From a virus, in IMG/VR virus record IMGVR_UViG_3300050343_000150, positions 1-64,000 of that record: a stretch of 64,000 bases of DNA; one strand, 5' to 3'. The notes under the pieces are model-generated. The model did not search any database. It had not been told where the DNA came from and saw only the letters and a program-made list of their open reading frames with translations. The position numbers and the translations under genes were made by a program. Positions 1 through 9,806 of this stretch are shown in pieces; the first letter of the stretch is position 1, and each line of letters begins with the position of its first letter.

Positions 1-2273
1 AAAGTACTTAGTGTATTATTGAATGATGAAGCAGTGTTTGCTTCCTTTATTCATTATGCTATGAGAAGTCACAGTTCTGCTTTACCAAAAAAAGCATGGG
101 AGGAGTCAGAATTAAAACCTGATGAAATCACTGATGGTGCTAATGGATTAGATATATCACCCAAAGATATTCCATTGTATATTATAGAACATTATGGAGA
201 CGATAAAGATAGTAAGCGAGTTAAGGGTAAGTTTGGAAATGCAATGAAACTATTAGAGCAAGTATATCAAAGTCAATATTCAGAGGAAAAGTGGGAAAAC
301 TTAGAAGATTTAGATATTGCTAAATCTGAACAAGAAAAAAAAGCAGGTATAGATTTTATTAAACCTAACAAACCAATGTATCGGATTTTCGAGATAGATG
401 ATATTAGATGACATTAAAAGGGGTTAACGTGGAGAGTTTGTTGTTCAAGAAAAGTACGATGGTATGAGAATACAAATTCATAAAGTTCAATGATGAAGTT
501 AACTATATATTCCTTACAATCAAAAGGATATTACTTCTAAATGTCCAGAACAAGTTAAGCATATGGAAAAGAAACAGTTTGGAGATTGTATCCTTAGATG
601 CAGAATTACTGTTGTTTATGGAAGATGAACCGTTACACCGAGCAGATACTATCACTCATGTATTCCACAGAAAAAACAGAAGGCACATTGAAGGCTCACG
701 TTTTTGATATTATGTTACACGAAGGTAAAGATATTACAGACGATACTCCATTAAGAGAAAGAATTAATATTTTATTATATCAATACGCTCAACATTCCTC
801 AGAAAAACTAGCATTCCCATCTAAGAAAGATACTAGAATTGCTGACTCAAAGAAAGAAGTTGAAAACTATTCTCAAGATATTATGAAACTACCTGCGTCA
901 GAAGGTGTGGTTATCAAAGACATTGAATCTACATATTACATAGGAAATAGAAAAAATCCAAAGTGGATTAAGTGGAAAAAATTTGTTGATTTAGATGTTA
1001 GTGGTTTTAGACGATAGAAAGACAAAAAGTAATCTACATTCTTATACTATGGGAATCGGCCCTGTTACAGCAGAAGTTGCTAGAAACTATTCTACTGTTG
1101 AATTATGAAGATAAAGCATATTTAGAAGTTGGTAAGGCTCTCAACACTAAAATAAATGTTGACATTGGCTCTATTGTTAGAGTTAAAGTTGATGAAGTAA
1201 CTAAGAAGAAAAACGGATTCAGTTTGTATTCTGCCAAAGTAATAGAATTACCGGAAGTAACACAATCTGATAATATTGCTACTTTAGAAAAATTAGCAAG
1301 CAAAAGTAAGAAATCTCTTAGCACTTTAGTACAGGGTCTTGCAGGTAAAGTTCCTAAGCCATTTAGAATTATGAGTGGTATGGAATCCGATTTAGTAAAA
1401 CCTAAAAAACTTAAGAAAGGATATTATATTACAGATGATACGCACGGTGTTGCTGAAATAATATTAAAGGAAAATTTAGAAGGCTATACTTTATATGGAT
1501 TTGAGGGCGATAATTTAATGGAGAAAAATGCTCTGCATAATATTGATTTGTGGAAAGAAGAATTAAATCAATTAATAAAAAGTAAACGTTCCGAATTAAG
1601 AATATCAATTCGTAATGAAATATTAGATAGTGGTAAAGATGCTCTAGAGTTTGATAAAATATTACTATTTGTTAGAAAAAATCATATGGATTTATACCAA
1701 AGTCTTTTTGATTCACTCGAATCTAAATTAATGAATTGGATGAAAAAACAAGATTCGTTCATTTACAAACACCCTAATACTTTCATGTCTAACGAAGAAG
1801 TTTTAGAAAAAGATACAGATGATATGGTTATTCATAAAGAAGAATCTAGAACGGGCGAGTTTACAATAACTAAACAAGAAGACGGCAATCTTAATTTTAT
1901 AATTGATTATAAGAAAAAACGGTTTGCTTGGTTAATAGACATTGAAGATACTGATGATGTGTATAATTTATTTGGTAAATCGAATAAATACCCTGCTATT
2001 GTAGCAGAAAAAATAAACGGTGGTAAAGTTATAGACAAGGGAAATGTTATTCTAGGAGTCCAAAAGGATGGCTACCATGAATATAAATTAGAAGGAGATA
2101 AGTTCGACACTAGAATACACGTTAGAGTAGTGCCTCTTAATGAGAAAAAAACATGGATAGTTTGGACAGGTAAAAAACAAGATATGTTGAAGGATGAAGA
2201 TGACGTAGATGTTTGGAATATTCAAGAGGATAAATATTCCAATTTAGAATTTCCACCTAAAATTAACGATTAG
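1..2273 (+). CDS. Large head-module protein with ATP-dependent DNA ligase domain and C-terminal LigD-phosphoesterase-like domain (5' truncated, broken by indels)
   Basis: Reading across frameshifts: motif I VVQEKYDGMRIQIHK at ~440-484, VFDI (IIIa), EGVVIK (IV), KWIKWKK (V), OB-like EVGKAL...VRVKVDEV; joins ORFs 19-411, 598-1017, 1077-2273. Confidence 0.8.
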
Positions 2274-2306
2274 TTAATATAGTAAAACTAAAAAGACAAA
2301 AAAATA

Positions 2307-3495
2307 ATGCTCATGCAGCCATCTATTTTAATGCAAGTAGATAAAGAACATGAGTTTACTATTCTCAAGTCTGATGATTTAGTTATTGGAGGCTATGCTT
2401 CAATAGAAATTGTAGATAAGCAAAATGATTTAATTACATTAGAAGGCGTTAGATGAAGCAGTTGAAAAATATATGTCTGAAAAGAAATATAGGAATGTTA
2501 TGTCTAATCATTCTAATGTACAGGTAGGAGAAGTCATTGAAAAGTATAGAGATACTAATGGTACTCTACACAAGACAGGAGTAGATGATGTAGGGTTTTA
2601 TGTTGTTATTAAATTAAGAGATGACATAGAAAAAGCAAAAGAAATTTCAAGAAGTATTAGAAAAGGAACTTTACGTTCTTTTAGTATTGGAGGTCAAGCG
2701 ATTTCTAAGAAACAAAAAACATCGGATGAGTTCGGTGAATACAATGAGATAGACAGATTGGAGTTACACGAAGTAACTATCTGTGAAAAGGGGATTAATC
2801 CCGAAGCAAAATTCGACATTTTAAAAATGGAGGATAAAACAATGAGTGAGAAGTTGGAAAAAGCACTCGAAGAGTTGAATGACTTGATGAAACAAGTTAA
2901 CGGACTCGGAGAGGAAGGAAAATATGACGAAGTAACGAAGAATGAAATGGCATATATGGATGCCGATGATGATGAGGAAATGGAAAAAGAATCTATGGAT
3001 GAATCTGAAATGGAAGAGAAGGCTCTTGATGAAGATTCAACTAGAGACTACGAAGCAGGTGAATTAGTAGTAAGTGGCGGTAAGCCTACTGCTGCACCTA
3101 CTGAACTAAAGAGTGAAGGCTTAGAGGCTTCTGACTTCTAGTACTCTTAACCTAAGTGCAGAAAATGTTGAGAAAGCATATGCACAATTCAAAGCAGAGC
3201 AGATGGAAAAACTTGCATACGATAATCTTTCTAAGCAATTTGAAGCAAGACTTTCAGAAGAACTTGCAGTTAAGAAATCAGCAGCAGAATCCGCATCATA
3301 CGATGCTAGAACAGATGTAGCAGCACTAAAAGAAGAGTTTGCTCTACTACGAAAATCTCTATCAGAGAAAGACGAATGAGAATTCGCAAAAGCGCGGAAA
3401 TGTCAATGGCATTACCGGAAGGAATACCTACAAGTTTAGAGGCAGCAGCTGATATGACTTGGGATGACGTACATTCTCTTGTGAGGGGAAATTAA
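2307..3495 (+). CDS. HK97-type prohead protease with acidic coiled-coil scaffold C-terminus (frameshifted)
   Basis: ATG 2307 gives IGGYASIEIVDKQNDLI; then NVMSNH, RSFSIGG, LHEVTICEKGINPEAKF (protease His/Ser motifs); E/K-rich tail ends VRGN* at 3495; directly upstream of MCP. Confidence 0.85.
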
Positions 3496-3507
3496 GGAAG
3501 TGAAATT

Positions 3508-4921
3508 ATGAGTGGATATATTAAAACAATGAAAGATTTAGAAGCAGCAACATACGGATATGGCGGAACAGGAAGCGGCAATGCCTTGCTTAAAGCAGGT
3601 GGAGTTGTAGGTGGTTTCGGTACTCCTCACGATACTAGTGCTAATGCATTTACGGGTGCAGCAGGTCTAGGTGATTTGTACAACCTACTATATGGACAGA
3701 AAGTTTGGTCAATGTATTAAACCAAGAAGTAAACCCTCTAGCAATGCTTGCTAAGAGACCATACACATCTAGTGGATGGAGAGTTCTGAAATCACGACCT
3801 ATTGGTGGTAGTGACGCAGCATTCGGTACAGGTACTAATGCAGTTACCGCTAGTATTTCATCAGCAGATGCAGCAACTCCTAGAGCAGACCAAATTGGTG
3901 GTGTTGGAGAAAACGCAACATTAGGTGGTGCAGATGGTTTCAGAGCAATTGCTCCTGAATATACTAAACTATATGTTAGCCCTAAGACTATTGCACATCT
4001 ATTCGAGTTCTCAGAACTTGGAATGGAAATGGCTGCAATAGATGATGGTGTTGGTGATATTCGTGCTATTGTTAGAGAAGACATGGGTAAACTACACGCA
4101 GAAGTTCAGAGCAAAATGTTAGTTATGCCTCTTGAGAAGTATACTCGAGAACGGTACTACAGGTATTGAGAAGAACTACACTTCACTGATGAAGATAGTT
4201 TCATCTGCTGCTGAAATTGGCAATGTATGCAAGAAGATAACGTCTTCCTAACACAAGAAAACGATGGTACATTCAGCACAACTTGCTGATGCTACAACTA
4301 TCTTTGGTTCAACTAGAACTGTTACTGTTAACACATCAGGAAGCAGTGGAGCATTACCTACACAGGTGTACCATCTTTCTTAGATGCAGAAGTTGATTTC
4401 GGAGCAGGTTATACCTATCAGCTGAATGTAGAGTTCTAACACTAAGCCTACTTAATGATATGATTAGGAAGAATCCGTACAAAACGGTGGAAACCCTAAA
4501 GTTATCTTACAGGATACGATACCATACAGAAAATCTCTGACTTACTACAAGCACAAGAGAGATTTATGGATAGGAAAGAAATCGTTCCTTCCCATAATGG
4601 TGTTCGTGGTGTTAAGGGTCAAGAAGTTGGTTTCAGAGTTGCAACATACTATGACATACCAATCATCCCTGCTAAAGATATGCCGTCAACAGGTAAGTAC
4701 ACATGTAACAGAACCGTATCAGTGATATATTAGTTCTAGATACAGACCACCTGTGGCTATCTGTAATGAAACCTACACAATACTTCGAAGATGGTATTAC
4801 TAGTGGAAACCCATTCGGTGTTGGTAAACTTGGAAACCAAGGTATGTACCGCACTATGGGTGAAACATGCTGTTCTTTCTTCAAGGGACAAGGTAAGATT
4901 ACTAACCTAAAGAGTGCTTAA
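3508..4921 (+). CDS. Major capsid protein (HK97 fold), frameshifted
   Basis: Position after protease; joined frames give YGQKVWS.LNQEVN, SPKTIAHLFEFSE, GFRVATYYDIPIIP, LDTDHLWL, ending FFKGQGKITNLKSA* at 4921. Confidence 0.8.
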
Positions 4922-4949
4922 GTACTTCATTAATAAGTGAAAACGTAAA

Positions 4950-4991
4950 GTAGTAGTCTCTACTCCGAAGTATCGGGGTAGGGATTACTAC
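4950..4991 (+). terminator. 19-bp RNA hairpin downstream of MCP (terminator or mRNA stabiliser)
   Basis: gtagtagtctctactccga-agta-tcggggtagggattactac: 16 Watson-Crick pairs plus 3 G.U pairs. Confidence 0.65.
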
Positions 4992-5015
4992 CAATATAAA
5001 AAAGGGTTGATAATT

Positions 5016-5477
5016 ATGGCATTAGTGAAACTTGTAAACACATAGACCTGAATGGCGAGACTGGTAATAAGAGGGGCAGGGGAAACATATTCCATTAGGA
5101 GCGCAACATGGTCCTTGCGAAGTTACCTGCAAGACATTGCAATAGATTGTATTTAGGAGATGAATCAATTCTTATTGATTTTACACAAGATGATAAGAAA
5201 GGATATTTTCAACTTAGACGGAAGAAGGTTAAAATATCTAAAAGCACATTTAATGTTGCAGAAGAAGAGATGTTTTATCTATCTATATCCAAAGAAAAAA
5301 AACTCCTGTAAAGAAGAAAGGTAGAAGAAGTAATGGAAACATGTTGTTGAAACTGTAATTGAAACTATCCTGCTAAAGGAAGAAAAGGTGATAGAGAAAA
5401 CACCTGCCGCTAAGAAAACCCCTGCAAAAAAGAAAACCCCTGCAAAAAAGACTACTACTAAAAAGGAAGTGAAGTAA
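5016..5477 (+). CDS. Hypothetical protein with Lys-rich KKTPA tail (frameshifted)
   Basis: ATG 5016 after GGTTGA; C-terminus KTPAAKKTPAKKKTPAKKTTTKKEVK* with TAATG overlap onto next gene; region heavily indel-affected. Confidence 0.5.
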
Positions 5478-5752
5478 TGGTTTCCGCAGGTAGTCCTGTA
5501 AAAACTGCAAGTGCAGTAGTAAATGATGGCAGGTGCAAATTAACAAGCATCCATTTTTGTTCTACCGGAACTGCTACATTAAAAATATACGACCATAACA
5601 ATACATCTGTTGGTTCAGCAGATGAGGTTGCTAGATTAATTCTAACTGCTAATAGCACAATAGAATTTGATATGCACAATAGGTCAATGGGTACAGGAAT
5701 AACTGCAATTCTAACAGGTTCGGGCGGTTCATACTCTTGCACATGGAGTTGA
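5477..5752 (+). CDS. Small beta-rich virion-associated hypothetical protein
   Basis: 91 aa ORF coupled to neighbours in the head module. Confidence 0.6.
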   Translation: MVSAGSPVKTASAVVNDGRCKLTSIHFCSTGTATLKIYDHNNTSVGSADEVARLILTANSTIEFDMHNRSMGTGITAILTGSGGSYSCTWS

Positions 5753-5756
5753 AACA

Positions 5757-6182
5757 ATGCCTAGTATTGATACAGATACAAGATTAGTAATGACTATACT
5801 TTTCGTTGGTGCTATTAGTGGCACTAACATTTATTTTTACACTATATATGGAGTTGACTTTCCATACACGGGATTATCCCACGCAGTACTGTTTGGAATA
5901 TGTACAGTAGGAGGTATTATGTTATTGAAGGCATTATTTGATTTAATGTTAAATGATATTATTGAAGATTTTTTATTACAAAGAAAAATAGATGCTTATT
6001 GGAATAGAAAAGCAAGAGATGAGGAAAATCGTAAAAGAGTTAGAGAATCACTTAGAAGTTTCAATCAATCATTCGGTCAACCTTTCTATGGAGATGCTAA
6101 TTTACCTGCAATGCAACAACAATCACAACAGTTTGAAGGGAATACAATTAGCCCAACATTTTTAACAGGGTTCAATGAGTAG
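5757..6182 (+). CDS. Two-TM membrane protein with charged coiled-coil and Gln-rich tail
   Basis: LVMTILFVGAISGTNIYFY and AVLFGICTVGGIMLLKALF hydrophobic segments; RKARDEENRKRVRE. Confidence 0.75.
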   Translation: MPSIDTDTRLVMTILFVGAISGTNIYFYTIYGVDFPYTGLSHAVLFGICTVGGIMLLKALFDLMLNDIIEDFLLQRKIDAYWNRKARDEENRKRVRESLRSFNQSFGQPFYGDANLPAMQQQSQQFEGNTISPTFLTGFNE

Positions 6183-6190
6183 GTGATTAT

Positions 6191-6415
6191 ATGGTAGGAG
6201 AAATCCTAATGGGGTTCGATGAATCCACATTAGCCTATGATTTACAAAGAGCGCATTCTGCTGATATTTGGTTTTTAAGAGCAAGATTTTTTCTTTGGAG
6301 TGGTATTGCTTGTGGAATTAGTTTCTTGGTCGGCCATGCAATATCTTTGTTTGGTTATAATTTGTTTACTTCTACATGGAATGGGATAGTTAATTTATGG
6401 CATCATTTATGGTGA
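6191..6415 (+). CDS. Small membrane protein (one TM plus amphipathic C-terminal helix)
   Basis: FFLWSGIACGISFLVGHAISLFG; TWNGIVNLWHHLW; GGTGA RBS. Confidence 0.7.
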   Translation: MVGEILMGFDESTLAYDLQRAHSADIWFLRARFFLWSGIACGISFLVGHAISLFGYNLFTSTWNGIVNLWHHLW

Positions 6416-6421
6416 TATATA

Positions 6422-7090
6422 ATGTCAGTAATGGCGGGCTTCGCTATTCTATTAGTAGAAGGTATGAATAAAGTTTACCAAAGATTACATTCTATACCAT
6501 TTGGGGTATATGGAGCAAGTAAAGCAGGTAAAACTACATTACATCATCAATTAAGAACTAGAGGTGAAGTTCCTTCTATTACAGATAGAACCGTAGGGCT
6601 ACATAGAGCCTCAAGAAAATATGTAAAATTAGACGGTGATGCTCATACTGTTAAAACTGCTGATGTCGGAGGTGAAACAGTATTTTGGCAAGAGTGGGTA
6701 GAAGATATGAGAACTCGAAAAGTTAAATATATAATTTTTATGTTAGATGATAGACATATGGATAAGCACTATGATATAGAACAACAATTATGTTGGACTT
6801 TTTTGGTAGATACTATTTGTAGTCCTTATTGGAATATTGGCGGAAAAAGAAAAAAGAAAAAGTTACATGATTATCCCGTAGCAGTTGGTCTTTGGGCTAA
6901 CAAACATGATTTGTGGAAAGACAAATATGATTATGAAACAATAGAAAAACATCCAATATTTGAATCCTTTAGAAATGGTATGCAGAAGTTAAATGATAAA
7001 GGAATACCATGCTACAAATATATAGTAAGTGCCAAATCTGATTCAGAGATGGTATATAGAGGAATCCTAACAATGATAAAGGACTACTAA
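6422..7090 (+). CDS. Arf/Sar-like small GTPase (Ras superfamily)
   Basis: G1 GASKAGKT, G2 DRTVG, G3 DVGGE, G4 ANKHD, G5 SAK; hydrophobic N-terminal helix; GGTGA RBS. Confidence 0.9.
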   Translation: MSVMAGFAILLVEGMNKVYQRLHSIPFGVYGASKAGKTTLHHQLRTRGEVPSITDRTVGLHRASRKYVKLDGDAHTVKTADVGGETVFWQEWVEDMRTRKVKYIIFMLDDRHMDKHYDIEQQLCWTFLVDTICSPYWNIGGKRKKKKLHDYPVAVGLWANKHDLWKDKYDYETIEKHPIFESFRNGMQKLNDKGIPCYKYIVSAKSDSEMVYRGILTMIKDY

Positions 7091-7104
7091 GGGTGAATTA
7101 CCAC

Positions 7105-7779
7105 ATGACAATGAACTACAACCCAACAAACCTTATTGGCGCACAGTCAGCCCATGTGGGAACTAACCCATTTTTAGATAGATTTTCTGCCGCAAGAGCA
7201 GCAGGTGCAATTATACAATATGAGTATAAAAACCTAAAGCCCAAAAAACAATTGAAAGAAATAATCAAAGTATTGATGCCCGAAAAGAAAGAAATTCTTG
7301 AAAATACCATACCGATTCAAATATAATTTAAAAGATAGATGTGTGGTATGTGGTTCACAAAAAGTTTGGGAAGCAGGTGATGTTAGGAGACCTCCTCTAC
7401 CTTTACATAAAGTGCGAAAAGGATATCCAATGAGAGGAACATATTGTGAAAAACACGCTCAATGCATAGACAATATGAAATGTTAGAACAACAAATATTA
7501 GCAGAACAACATGGACTTTCTTTTAGTGCATATATACCATCTGCTAAAAGTTTAAATCCCGTTAATCTTGTTAAGGCAGGACCAATGGTTTCATTGAAAC
7601 AAGAGGAAATTAATTCTTTAGTTTCAGTAGGATGGAAAATTATCCCACCTACTAATGAAGCATCCTCGAAAGAAGAACAGTTGTATGCAATGATGGTAGA
7701 AAACGCTGCTATGTCTGAAAGGATTAAATCTTTGTTAGCAGACGGTGTTAAAGTAAGCGTAGAGGGGAGTGAGGGCTAA
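7105..7779 (+). CDS. Hypothetical protein with putative Zn-binding CxxC...CxxH (frameshifted)
   Basis: ORFs 7093-7326, 7298-7486 and 7462-7779 overlap in a way consistent with one gene; CVVC and YCEKH; TAATG coupling to next gene. Confidence 0.6.
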
Positions 7780-8489
7780 TGGGACTTTTTGGAACAAGTA
7801 ATGGTAATCTTTCAACACAAATGAATACTATGGGACAACAGCAATTTAAGTCAGTAAATAACTTATTGACATTACAAGAGAATCATGTAGAAGAGTTTTT
7901 TCAATATCATGGAGAGCCTTTTTTAAATGCATTAGAAAAAATGTTTGAAGATGTAGTAACTAGAGTTGTTAGTCAAATGTTAGTTAAACAAAAATTTGTT
8001 ACTAATACAAATGGAGATTTAGAAATACACCCTGAATCATTATCTGAATTCACTTCAATAACACAAGAAAACATTGATTTGGATATTGTTAATCTTTTGG
8101 CTACTGCGGTTAATTCAGAAGTTATCATGCAACGTAGAATGGCTAAACAACAATATTTAGAATCTCAGGGATTTGCTAGCCCAAGTGCTGGACAACAACA
8201 AGCGGCTATGCCACCACAAATGGGAATGCAAAATCCTCAAGGTTTGAATCCAAGTCAGATTCAAGGTGGGGGAATGGGAGTCAACATTAACAATACTATG
8301 GCTCAACAACAAATGGCTATGAATAATGGTAGTGGTTATCCTGTACCTCCTCAAGGATATGATATGAATAATAACCCATATTGGATTGACCCTGCTACTG
8401 GACAACCTTCCTATACACCACCTCAAAGTGGTTTAGGGTTAGGTGCTGCTATAACTAAAGGTGTAGCGTGGGCTAAGTGGCTAGCATAG
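7779..8489 (+). CDS. Hypothetical protein with Q/M/N/G low-complexity region and amphipathic C-terminus
   Basis: Starts MGLFG; QQQAAMPPQMGMQNPQ tract; ends GLGLGAAITKGVAWAKWLA. Confidence 0.75.
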   Translation: MGLFGTSNGNLSTQMNTMGQQQFKSVNNLLTLQENHVEEFFQYHGEPFLNALEKMFEDVVTRVVSQMLVKQKFVTNTNGDLEIHPESLSEFTSITQENIDLDIVNLLATAVNSEVIMQRRMAKQQYLESQGFASPSAGQQQAAMPPQMGMQNPQGLNPSQIQGGGMGVNINNTMAQQQMAMNNGSGYPVPPQGYDMNNNPYWIDPATGQPSYTPPQSGLGLGAAITKGVAWAKWLA

Positions 8490-8504
8490 GATGGGGTTTA
8501 ATGG

Positions 8505-9806
8505 ATGAGTGTAGATGTTAATATTTCAAATGTCCAAGACCCCGGAATAAGAAATGAATATCAATTAACCAAAAATGAAGTAACTTCTGCAAATATTGCA
8601 AATATTGGAAAAGATGATGCCAGTAAATTGTTAGGTCAGTTAGTAAAATACATTTTTATCAATGCCAAAGGAGCATTTAAGGATGCATCAAAGGCACAAC
8701 GAGTGCAAACAGAAGTCCCATTAATTTTACAACTACCTTCAGATGCTTTTGATTCAGATGAAGAATTATCTTCATATAAAGAATATATGAGAACCTTACT
8801 AGAAAAGGCTGGAGATGTCCCTATTATTACGGCTATTGAAAAAATAGAAGAAATAAAAGGAGCGTTTGCTATACTAGGAGCAAAATCAAAAAATAGTGCG
8901 CATCAAAAAATAGAAGAAAAGAATATAACTTTTAGAGAATTAATTACTTCTCCGGAAACCTTTGGATATCAATATGAAGTAGGAGCAGGAGAAAAAGAAG
9001 AAACTATTGTCGAAAACAAAAAAACCACTAATCTGATGAATGCAATAGATAAAGGAGAAAGTCTATTCGAAAGAAATAGAGTTGAAGATGCTATTAAAGT
9101 TGAACCCGGACTTGTTAAATTAAGCATTCGTGATTATTATGCTAAGATGTTTAAGGATTATGGATTTGGGGATATACGAGTTCAAGGTGGTTCTCCATTC
9201 AAAATACTAATACATAATGCCGACATTAAAGAACTAACGGATAAGGTCTTTGAAGCATTAGAAGTAGTTGACTATAAAGATACCATAAAAGCAAATGGTG
9301 TTAAAACATATTCAAAAGGTAAAACGGAACTTGTTGCTGAAGAGGGTAAAACAGTTAGAAGATTAAAAAGAAATACAAAAGGTGCAGTGATAGTAGATAT
9401 TGATGAAGTAAATGACTTCAAGGATAAATTACTTAAAGAAAGTACGCAGGTAGCGAAAGAATATTTATCTTTAAACGCAGAGCGTTTACTTGGACCTTAC
9501 ATGCAATCTACAACTTCTTCGGGTACTTCAGTAAATAGACAGATTTTATTAGGAGATATTAGTGTAGAATTTAACATTAATGAAATTTTACTAAACGACT
9601 TAGTTGAGAAATATAGTACTAGTAAAAGAGAACTGACTAACAAAACACCTAACCAATCTGAAAAGGGATTAATTCCATTTACTATTAAAGTTAACATCGA
9701 TGAGAAACTCATGGCTTCAGAAGGAGTGTTTCCTGATATGGAAGAAAGTAGAACTATCGGTGGTATTAAACGAGGTTATGCCTCATTACGGAGAATGGTA
9801 TCATGA
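8505..9806 (+). CDS. Hypothetical protein (433 aa)
   Basis: Long ORF with ATGA overlap onto next gene; no motif recognised. Confidence 0.65.
   Translation: MSVDVNISNVQDPGIRNEYQLTKNEVTSANIANIGKDDASKLLGQLVKYIFINAKGAFKDASKAQRVQTEVPLILQLPSDAFDSDEELSSYKEYMRTLLEKAGDVPIITAIEKIEEIKGAFAILGAKSKNSAHQKIEEKNITFRELITSPETFGYQYEVGAGEKEETIVENKKTTNLMNAIDKGESLFERNRVEDAIKVEPGLVKLSIRDYYAKMFKDYGFGDIRVQGGSPFKILIHNADIKELTDKVFEALEVVDYKDTIKANGVKTYSKGKTELVAEEGKTVRRLKRNTKGAVIVDIDEVNDFKDKLLKESTQVAKEYLSLNAERLLGPYMQSTTSSGTSVNRQILLGDISVEFNINEILLNDLVEKYSTSKRELTNKTPNQSEKGLIPFTIKVNIDEKLMASEGVFPDMEESRTIGGIKRGYASLRRMVS

Noticed and set aside
400-5400. Many frameshifts in ligase, protease, MCP and the following gene, suggesting pseudogenes or recoding
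   Set aside because: They hit essential genes, cluster regionally (also ~7300-7470, 48560-49210, 53340-54420), and conserved motifs continue across frames. This fits uncorrected long-read indels better.
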